In this document: piece after piece, positions 53,507 through 64,000 of the stretch
Layout of the letters: each line of letters opens with the position of its first letter
How positions within the stretch are numbered: position 1 is the stretch's first letter
Translations under genes and position numbers: made by a program
Assembly (NCBI RefSeq): GCF_006345805.1
Contig: NC_042999.1
Coordinates: 145,390,001-145,454,000 of the forward strand
Source: Octopus sinensis
Taxonomy: Eukaryota
Direction: 5' to 3'
Length of the DNA: 64,000 nt
The notes under the pieces: model-generated
The model's database searches: none
What the model was told of the DNA's origin: nothing
What the model saw: only the letters and a program-made list of their open reading frames with translations

Positions 53507-54940
53507 ATTCATATACACTCAACAGATTCGACTGTTGGAAAAGAAAAGAACCCTAACATCGGGTTACTACAAATTGCCTTCGATGCTAAGAACCCACCTA
53601 TCGGATTACAGCAAATAACTTTTGATGCCAAGAACCCACCTAAGTAACCTAGCTGTCCCTAATAACACTGTTGTCCGCAGCTGTACTAAACTGGGTTTCA
53701 TGCCTATTGCCTGATCCATCTGTTCAGATCTTTAGAGATAGTTCACAATGCACCTATAACTACTTGGATGAATTTTACCCACTCTTTCCATAGTCTCTGT
53801 AATTCAATGGCTAGGTTCTGGTACATTGCTACTTTTTCTATACCTCTCATATTGATTTTTCATAATTTCGAACTATAAAATCAATTATCCAGCACTTTCT
53901 ATTGTCTTTATCTACTACTGCGAAATCAGGCCTTCGAGCTTCTATTACTCTGTCAGTCTGAATGTTAAAGTCCCACAACATTTCGTACTTCTTACTTTCT
54001 AGGACTTTACTAGGTTCATGTTTATACCATTTATCAGTATGTTTCCTCCCTATTCTTTATAATCCTGGAATCAAACGAAGATCATGGGTCGATATGTAAC
54101 CAACTTCGCTTCTCCTTATCTATAATTATTATGTGTGGTATATTATTTTGTAACTTCTTGTCCGTTTGAATAGGGAAGTCCCACAAAATCTTACAATTCT
54201 CTGACTCCAGTACCCTTTCGACCCGATGATTGTACCATGTGTTTCCAGCTTAAAATCCCCATTTCTGGCACAGTTTCCAGTGTAAAATATTTACAATTTG
54301 GTTGCGCCTCCATTTCTTATATTCTTCCAGTGTCAACTTGGGGAAATCTTCTACAATGTGTGCCACTGTCTCGATCCAAGTTCCACAGGATCTACATTTT
54401 TCCGACACCTCTCCAAATATATTTTTTCTTAAGTACTTTGTTTTTATCGCTTGGTCTTGAACTGCTACAATTAGGATCCCTGTTTCTATGTTTAATTGCC
54501 CCTTTTTCAACCAGTCCCAGGATTTTGTTCCACATATATCTTCAATGGCTCTCCAACATTGGCTATTGATTTTGATTTTGATTTTTGATTTTTCCAGTTT
54601 CAGCTAATGAGCTGTGGCCATGCTGGGGCACAGCCATTATGCAGAGGTTTCTGACGTGCTCTCTTTGTATTTCATTCCTGTCCTTTTCTCGTAGTATGTG
54701 CTTCATCACCTTCTTTTTATTAACTGCTTTTAGTAGTTTTTCCGTGCTGCTCTGTAAATACTCTACTTGACGTTTTCCCCCATCAGTACACAATCTTCCA
54801 CTGCTATTAAGCCTCTTCATGAAGTTGCAATTATAGAATGGACCAAAAACTATATAAAGAAAATTGACAGAAAAACTAGGGAGTTGTTGACGATGTATGG
54901 TGCCCACCATCTGAAAGTTGGTATCAGTCGGCTTTACTGT
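53507..54940 (-). mobile_element. Dong/R4-clade element with inverted 5' segment (54815-54940 on +)
   Basis: Minus strand RGLIAVEDCV, AVQDQAIKT, CRSC..ETVAHI, LLGTARLLR; plus strand IIEWTK..IDRKTRELLTMYGAHH..SRLY. Confidence 0.85.
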
Positions 54941-55068
54941 CAAGTATCGACTCCTATGATAGCGCATTCGATACCAAAGAAACTGAAAAAGTTGGAAATA
55001 TCAGGATCTAACCGGAAAGCTGAAGAGACTGCGGATGACCAAGACAACAATTATTCCTATGGCAATTG

Positions 55069-55132
<64 letters not shown>

Positions 55133-55212
55133 ACACACACACATACACTCAGACACACAGGCAAGCACGCACATACACACACATGTATATATATATATGT
55201 ATATATAAATAT

Positions 55213-55244
<32 letters not shown>

Positions 55245-55470
55245 GATAAAAACAGACGTATGGATTATCTGGTATTGCTAGAGTTATTTCATTAGGAATT
55301 TTAATTTTGACATAAGCATAATACAATTAGATTGTGTTATACGTTACATGACTCCCAAATCATCAGGCAATCAAGTAAGCAGCAACTTGTTGATTCATCA
55401 ATAGATTATCAACAAGTCATTCCTTCACTTTATGTATGTAGGTATGCATGTATGCATGCATGAATGTCAG

Positions 55471-55528
<58 letters not shown>

Positions 55529-57562
55529 CGCGCAAATGGACATCTATCGAGACCTTTCGACATTGCACGTTCGGTCCGTCAGGGATTCCCCCTCTCGGCG
55601 CTTCTATACGTATTGACTCTTGAGCAATTACTGCGGAAGCTGGCGACTCTGAGGGGCATCCCGCGAGAATTGGGATGCGGGACGAGCGTGTCTGCATACG
55701 CGGACGACGTCACCGTCATAGTGTCAAGCCACGAGCACATCGAGCTGATCGGCGAGACACTGAAAGCGGTGACAGTAGCAAAAATCTGAGGTACGACGGT
55801 CAGGCGGTAGTAGATGATGGACGCGATGTACGTGTTCCTAAAAGGTCGGGCGGAGGTGGTAAACACGTACATCGCGTCCATCATCTACTACCGCCTGACC
55901 GTCGTACGTGAGACACTGAAAGCGGTGACAGTAGCAAAAATCAACCGGGAAAAGTCAGTGGGCTTGCGGCTCGGCACCTGGAGACGCAAGCCCATGCGTC
56001 CACCGGTACCTCCGTCGTGGGACGCTGGACGGACGGCCCGGTTGAGTTGCTCGGGGTCTGGTTCGGTCCGGACCTCCAAATGGAGAAGAACTGGAACGAG
56101 ATAACGAGTAGGGTGGTCACTCTCGCCCGGCAATGGGCCGAGAGGAAACTGTCCCTAAAAGGTCGGGCGGAGGTGGTGAACACGTACATCGCGTCCATCA
56201 TCTACTACCACCTGACCGTCGTACCTTGTCCCGACCCTACCATCACCAAACTAGAACGCATTCTTTTCCGCTTCTTGTGGAAAGGATGCGTCCCGATGGT
56301 CAGGCGATCCATTTGCTGTCAACACCCGTTAAAAGGATGGCTGGGCATGCCGTGGTTGATGATGCGCAGACACGCGCTGAGACTGCGACATCTCCGGCTC
56401 TATGTAGACGACGGTGAACAGGTGTGGTCGCCGTTTGTGAGGCACGCGTTCCCGCAGCTCATCTCTATGACCGAACTGCAGTCGTGGATCAAAAAGAGGC
56501 CGAGGAAGGGTGAATGGCACTGCGAGTGTCGCGTTGCTCTCAAGCAACTCTGCAGTCCCGGGTCGACCTTGAGTGACTTCAACACAACCAAAGCATTCTA
56601 TAGGGGATTAGTGGAGGGGAAGTACGACGACGATCTTGGGGAAAACCTGGGCGTCGACGAGGAATACCTGACCCGCCTGTTTGAAACGACTTTCGGGCCG
56701 GGACCTATGGACAACTTCCAGAGATCCCTGGCCTGGCGGTGCTACCGAGAAGCGCTACCCGTTCGGGATAAGCTCTATAGACATGGCTAGAGAAACACGG
56801 GGCCGACCTGCCCGAGATGCGGTCAGAGCGACGAAACCGCTCTTCACGCTATCGTGCAGTGTCCAGCAATTATGTCGAATGACTGCTGTCACGTGTGGGA
56901 CGTGTCGGTTTATCAGCCGAGTCTATCGTTAATATCGTCACGCCTCCTTCCTTCAAACGGGAAGGAAGAGCTATTTTTATCATACTTGTGGCTATGGCGA
57001 AAGAATGTATCTGGTGGACGCGCCTGAAAGGATTAGAGACAAACACTTTCCTCTCTGGTCAATCTCTCATCAACTTCTTCAAGTATCACTTGAAGAGGAA
57101 AGTGAGAGTAGAGAGGCAAGTTTTGTCTAGTGAATGTTTTAAAAAAGGATGGGTGAATGTAGCAAGGATGGCACGTATGAATGACGAAGCCACCTTGACT
57201 ATGATTCTATGAACCGTAAAAATTAATACAGAGAGTTGCTTATTTGCAAAAAAAAAAGAAACATGTGACTTCATTGACCGACGTTACCGTGGCCTTTTCT
57301 GTAGGCTTTTCTTTCCACGGGTAAGCCTCACCTGTCCTCCCCTTTACACTACATATTGACATTTCTGTGATAACGATCCCTATTGATCAATCCCCCCCCC
57401 TTAAAAAAATTTATTCCCCCCCCCTTTTTGTCCTGTTCCTTTCCCTTTACGATCCCTTTTGATCGAAAACCAAACCCCCTTTTTTTACCCCCAAAAGAAA
57501 AGCTCTACCTTGTAATTTGTCCTGTCTGTGTGCAGCCCTGTGTGGCTAATAAAGAAACATAT
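55529..57562 (+). mobile_element. 5'-truncated, rearranged Tx1 copy 2
   Basis: Starts mid-RT after (TCTA)n and ends AATAAAGAAACATAT plus TCTA/TCTG repeats. Internal inverted insertion, deletions and a stop at 56788. Confidence 0.95.
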
Positions 57563-58687
57563 CCATCTGTCTATCTGTCTATCTATCTATGGATGAGAAT
57601 GAAATATATATATCCTAATCTGTAAACAAGATAGAACAAACTGGGGAAAAGAAAACAACAGCACTTGACTGACTCTTTATGTTCTAGACCTTGGAGTGAT
57701 GGAAGGCAAAGAATCCCTTATCAGGATTGAACCGGGAACGTTAAGAATCTGAAGAAATACCGCAATGCATTTTTCTGGCGTTTTAACGCTCCTTCCATTC
57801 TACCGCCTCTACATCTACTATAATTATCGCAGCAGCCATCGACCAGTAACGTGAATAGCATCAAGTGTAGGATAAGCACAGAGAATTGCAATTAAATTTC
57901 TTCAACTAAGAATATCACATTTCTGCCTTTAATAAATTTAATGAATACTCTCAGATTGTAAACAAACGAAAATAATTACACAGTTTACGTTCCGTTTAAA
58001 AGAGCAATTAATGTTTTAAAATTAAATATATTAATTGTTGTTTGATGCCGTCACAACGTAATGATTAGGTAAACTTGACTTACGTATTTTAGCCTGACTG
58101 CATATATCAAAACTTTTCTGTATGTATAAGTTAAACACTTGTACAGGCATACGTTCACACACGAATACACATTTACCTACAAGCTAAACTCGAATGAGTT
58201 TTAACGTAGTCGCTCGATCCTCTAGAAATAAGAGCCAACTTTCTCTAACATAACATTCTACCGTCCTAAACAGTAAACATCTTAAACATCTCCGACGAAC
58301 CCCATGGTTACGGTTAGAATACCTTTGATCACAAGTTTGCTGGATAAAGGTTGATTTAAGACCCTAAAGCAATAACAACCATTCATACATACATATATAC
58401 AATCACATACATATACATATACACAATCACTATCTATCTATCTACCTATCTGTCTATCTATCTATCTACCTATCTGTCTATCTACCTGTCTGTCTATCTA
58501 CCTGTCTACCTGTCTGTCTGTCTACCTGTCTACCTGTCTACCTGTCTGTCTGTCTGTCTACCTGTCTGTCTGTCTGTCCTGTCTGTCTGTCTATCTATCT
58601 ATCTGTGTATGTGTGTGCATGTGTGTGTGTGTGTGTGTGCATTACTTAACCTTCATACATATACACACATACATATACACAATCACG

Positions 58688-58744
<57 letters not shown>

Positions 58745-58781
58745 ATATCTGTCTGTCTGTCTCTCTGCCATCTGCTTTGAA

Positions 58782-59842
58782 ATGACAGAGACAATGTCAG
58801 AGACAAACATCCTTGAAATCGCGGTTCTAGGAGAGAAAGACTATGTGGGCAAATCAATCGAATTCTTGCTTCAATTGGATGAAGCAGCAAGAGAGAAGAT
58901 ACCCACCGCTATAGAACTGCCAGGAGGCTACAAACTCTATATAGTGGTAGAGGGCAGGCGACCACGCTGGTATTTGTGTGGAAGCGAAACACACTTGAAA
59001 AAGACGTGCCCAACCACTGCACACCAAGAGCAACAACAACAACCACTACCACAACCAAAGCACTCCGGAAAAAAAGCTCTACTACCCACACCACCATCAA
59101 CACAGAAGACGACAAGAGAAGCACACCAAGCTAATCCGTCATCAACCAAAAAACACTCAACACCTGGAAAAATACCAACACCACCAACAACAGCAAAACC
59201 CAAAGGAACAGAAAAACAAAGAAAACACACACAAACTGATCCCCCATCCCTTATACCGCACTCAACACACACAAACACTCAACAACCAACAACAACGAAA
59301 ACAACAACACAACCACTTACACAGACATACATAGAAGCCCACAACATACCCCTACCCCCTACTGATTCCTCAGAAATTTCGTCGGAAGATGAAACCAGTG
59401 AGGAATGGAAAATAGCTACAAAAAGAAGGAAAATAAAGAGCAGAAACACAACCAAACCAAATGCAAACACGAACAAAGCAGGGGGAAATACATCTCCCGA
59501 AGACATTTCAAAACCCAACGCAAACAACAGCCACACCAACACCACAAAAATATATACAGCAAACATGCTCACAGCTATAGACACCAAATACACAAATTTG
59601 ATGGAATACATCCAATCAAAAACAAACATAACAGAAGATGACATAAAAACAAACAATCACCCATACACAACACCACCAGACCACATCAAAATATACACAT
59701 CTCCAAAAGTCTGCACCACACACTCAAAGGCATTTTCCCCAGCGCGGTTGGTAAATGCCAAAAATATCTCACAAAGAAACTGTACTGGGATCTCCTCGAG
59801 GACAAACCAAAGGAGGAGAAAGCAAAAACTTTCGAGCAGTAA
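58782..59842 (+). pseudogene. Tx1 ORF1 C-terminal part (5'-truncated, one frameshift near 59700-59725)
   Basis: EGRRPRWYLCGSETHLKKTC knuckle. The frame homologous to copy 1 ends LKGIFPSAVGKCQKYLTKKLYWDLLEDKPKEEKAKTFEQ*. Confidence 0.85.
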
Positions 59843-59886
59843 GTAACCCTCTGTTCCTTTCACTTGTATTCTAATTCATTAGGACT

Positions 59887-62800
59887 ATGATCAAGATTGG
59901 TTGTGTAAATGCGCGTGGATTGGGGTCCCCTTGGAAACAAGGGTACCTCTTAAATGACATAAAGTCACATAAGTTAGAAATCATAGCCATAAGTGAGACC
60001 AGACTCCACAATCCGCGGGCCCTAAAGACCATGTTTGGCGGACAGTTCAACATTTATTTTTCCCCCTGTCTGCCGAGAATGGGCGGTAGTGGCACCGCGG
60101 TACTTTTTCACAAGAGTCTGGATCTCAAAGTAAGGACAATATTCGTAGACCCGGAGGGTAGACTGGTCGTCCTGGATGTCGGCGGCAGCAATGGGTGCGC
60201 TTTTCGACTCGTATCAGTCTACGCACCGCCCTTAACAGGTCGGGCGGATTTCTTTCAACGTCTAGAAGTATTCTTGGGAACGTCTCGTCCTTTACTCTTA
60301 GTGGGGGATTGGAATGCTACCTTGGACACGCATGTAGACTACGTGGGTAGAGATAGGAATAGACGGGGATGCAAATGCCTCAGAGACCTGCTCAGACGCT
60401 TTCAACTGTCTGACAGGTTCCGACTAGACCACCCGAATGCGCCAACGTGGACATGGAGCAACCGCACCGGGTCGTCGAGATCGTATCTAGATAGGATACT
60501 GTGTAGGACAGTAGACAGAGATAGCATAGGATGTCCACAATTCCACATAGTCAGCTACACGGATCACAAACTTGTGACATGTACGCTAGACTTAGGTAAG
60601 ACACTTAGGCAGGGTCCGGGATACTGGAAACTAAACGCGTCTTTCCCATCGAGACAGGTTTTCAGAGACCGGATTAGCACACTAGTAAAGAGGGCTTTGA
60701 CGGGAGCCATCATCAACAACAAATGGTGGTTTGCCCTCAAGAGAGCAGTAAAAGCAGAAGCGATTAGGTACAGCAAAGCACTAGCCATAGATAGAAATAG
60801 AGTAGAGGGTGAGCTAGTTAAGAAGCTAGAAGAGGCAATTAGAAGCGGCATCGCATCCGACGTTTTGGCGGCGAGGTTGGCCCTCGACCAACACTTCAAC
60901 GCCAAACACGAAGGATGTGCTGTCAGAGCTAGGATGCGTGCTCTAAGGAACGAAGGTGTTGGAGCCGCGAGAGAGGCCCGGGTGGCAGAGGCGCAACAGG
61001 GCAACAAAGCCACCATTCGGTCCCTGGTAGATGAACAGGGGCGCGAATTGCTCGAGCCAAGTAAAATGTGTGAGGCCTTTCAGCAGCATTTTGCCCGACT
61101 GTTCGGAACGAGTGGAGGGCAAGAACGTAGGGTGGACTTCAGTGCCTACCTACATAGCCTACCACGACTCTCGACAAGAAAGGCAGGGTGCTGCGAAGGT
61201 GCCATCACGGCGGCGGAAGTGCAGGAAGCGATGGCAGAATGCTCGAGGGACAAATCACCGGGTTTGGATGGTCTACCCTACGAGCTTTACAATTGTATGC
61301 CAGACTTGTTTGGAGATCTCTTGGCGGCGGTGTACTGCAACTGGCAGCAAAACGGGAGCATTCCTGGTTTTGTGAGCCGAGGAGCCGTAACACTGCTGAA
61401 GAAAGATCTAAACAAGGGAAATGTAATAGATAACTTTAGGCCCATCACTCTGCTTAATGCAGACTTGAAAATTTTGGCCAAGGTGCTAGCCAAGAGGTTG
61501 GCGCTTGTCATCGAGAAACTGGTCGACAAGGCGCAAACATGCGCCGTGCCAGGCCGGACCATCCATGACAACCTCCACCTGATGCGCTACATCATAGACA
61601 GGGTAGTTAACGAACCTGGCATGGGTGGGGCGCTGATCAATTTGGATCAATCGAAAGCTTTCGATAGGGTGGACCATCGATACTTGGAGGCGGTCCTCGG
61701 AGCGGCTGGCTTCGGTCCCGTCTTCCGCGGCTGGATAGCCGCTTTGTACAGAGGCATCCGTTCGGTAATTCGCGTGAATGGACATCTATCGTGACCCTTC
61801 GACATCGCACGTTCGGTCCGACATCGCACGTTCGCCCCCTCTCGTCGCTTCTATACGTATTGACTCTCGAGCCATTATTGCGGAAGCTGGCAACCTTGAG
61901 AGGCATCCCGCGAGAACTGGGATGCGGGACGAGCGTGTCTGCATACGCGGACGACGTCACCGTCATAGTGTCTAGCCACGAGTACATCGAGCAGGTCGGC
62001 GAGACACTGAAAAACTACGAAGCGGTGACAGGAGCGAAAATCAACCGGGAAAAGTCAGTGGGCTTGCGACTAGGCACCTGGAGAAGCAAGCCCATGCCGT
62101 CCACCAGCGCCTCCGTCGTGGGACGCTGGACCGACGGCCCGGTTGAGTTGCTCGGGGTCTGGTTCGGTCCGGACCTCCAAGTGGAGAAGAACTGGAACGA
62201 GATAACGAGTAGGGTGGTCACTCTCGCCCGGCAATGGGCCGAGAGGAAACTGTCCCTAAAAGGTCGGGCGGAGGTGGCGAACACGTACATCGCGTCCGTC
62301 ATCTACTACCGCCTGACCGTCGTACCTTGTCCCGACCCTACCATCACCAAACTACAACGCATTCCCTTTCGCTTCTTGTGGAAAGGATGCGTCCCGATGG
62401 TCAGGCGATCCATTTGCTGTCAACACCCGTTAAAAGGAGGGCTGGGCATGCCGTGGTTGATGATGCGCAGGCACGCGCTGAGACTGCGACATCTCTGGCT
62501 CTATGTAGACGACGGTGAACAGGTGTGGTCGCCGTTTGTGAGGCACGCTTTCCCGCAGCTCGTCTCCATGACCGAACTGCAGTCGTGGATCAAAAAGAGG
62601 CCGAGGAAGGGCGAATGGCACCGCGAGTGTCGCGTTGCTCTCAAGCAACTCTGCCGTCCTGGGTCGACCTTGAGTGACTTCAACACAACCAAAGCATTCT
62701 ATAGGGGTTTAGTGGAGGGGAAGTACGACGACGAGCTCGGGGCGAACCTGGACGTCGACGAGGAGTACCTGACCCGCCTGTTCAGGACGACTTTCGGGCC

Positions 62801-63329
62801 AGGGCCCATGGACAACTTCCAGAGATCCCTGGCCTGGCAGTGCTACCGAGAAGCGCTACCCGTTCGGGATAAGCTCTACAGTCACGGCTCGAGAAACACG
62901 GGGCCGACCTGCCCGAGATGCGGTCAGAGCGACGAAACCGTTCTGCACGCACTCGTGCAGTGTCCAACAATTTCCGACCTGTGCGCTTATGTCGAACGAC
63001 TGCTGTCACGTGTGGAACGAGTCGGTTTATCAGCTGAGTCTATCGTCAATATTGTCACGCCTCCTTCCTTCAAACGGGAAGGAAGAGCTATTTTCAACAT
63101 CCTTGTGGCTATGGCGAAAGAATGTATCTGGTGGACGCGTCTGAAAGGATTGGAGACAAACACTTTCCTCTCTGGTCAATCTCTCATCAACTTCTTCAAG
63201 TACCACTTGAAAAGGAAAGTGAGAGTAGAGAGGCAAGTTTTGTCTAGCGAATGTTTTAAAAAAAGATGGGTGAATGTAGCAAGAATGGCACGTATGAATG
63301 ACGAAGCCACCTTGAGCATGATCCTATGA
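59887..63329 (+). pseudogene. Tx1 ORF2 (APE, RT, CCHC) with a single frameshifting lesion at 61801-61834
   Basis: Two ORFs (635 aa and 512 aa) join at a 15-bp duplication that replaces the RQG codons. Confidence 0.95.
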
Positions 63330-63699
63330 ACCCAGAAATTGAAAACAGAGAGTTGCTTATTCGCGAAAAAAAAAAAAAAGAAATATAACATGTGACTCCA
63401 TTGACCGAGGTTACCGTGGTCTTTTCCGTAGGCTTTTCTTTCCACGGGTAAACCTCACCTGTCCCCCCCTTTACACTTCATATTGACATTTCTGTGATAA
63501 CGATCCCTATTGATCAATTTTTTTTTTCCTCTCCCCCTTTTTTTTAACCCCCCTTTTTTTTGTCCTCTTTCTCTCCTTTTACGATCCCTTTTGATCGAAA
63601 CTCCCCCTTCCCTTTTTTTTAAACCTTCAAAAGAAAAGCTCTACCTTGTAATTTGTTCTATCTGTGTGCAGCCCTGTGTGGCTAATAAAGAAACATATA

Positions 63700-63738
<39 letters not shown>

Positions 63739-64000
63739 CTATGTGTGTATGTGTGTGCATGTGTGTGTGTGCATTACTTAACCTTCACCTTAAACTAGGA
63801 ATTAGTTAGCCCACTGATTTTTCCAGCGTTTTCCTTTCCAACTGTTAAACACTAAGATTACTTCCGGACTCTCTTGTACTTAATGGACCCTGAGAAGCAT
63901 CGGTATTATTTGTCGATTAAATGGACCCATATACTTCATTTTACTTCATTTTAACGACCTCGTATGGGAAAAAAAGACAAATTTAACCTCCGTGACATAT

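Larger units (their letters stand above)
58764..63698 (+). mobile_element. 5'-truncated Tx1 copy 3 (partial ORF1, complete-length ORF2)
   Basis: Follows (TCTA)n(TGTC)n and ends AATAAAGAAACATAT plus (TGTC)n. Confidence 0.95.

Overview
AT-rich, microsatellite-dense animal DNA with no host exon I can support. The repeat families resemble those of octopus (coleoid cephalopod); this is recognition from memory, not a database result. The window is almost entirely nested mobile DNA. It holds three co-oriented copies of one L1/Tx1-clade LINE (15108-21317 near full length; 55529-57562 and 58764-63698 5'-truncated), all next to (TATC)n/(TGTC)n tracts. An ORF1-only Tx1 derivative (1229-2950) sits with a target-site duplication inside a Helentron-type MITE. 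Also present are a decayed CR1-type LINE, an RTE fragment, stacked Dong/R4 fragments, many tRNA-derived SINEs including a 184-bp-period array, and relics of about five Penelope-like (PLE) families with about nine minimal hammerhead ribozyme motifs. Two candidate systems stand out. (1) The Tx1 LINE, the ORF1-only element and a SINE share the same 3' terminus (...TAATAAAGAAA), and the SINE stacks at a fixed site within its own body. (2) One PLE terminal repeat carries a tRNA-like Pol III head, an (AAT)n linker and a hammerhead, and it also occurs as stand-alone units starting at the tRNA 5' end. Most ORFs in the supplied track are microsatellite or antisense artefacts.
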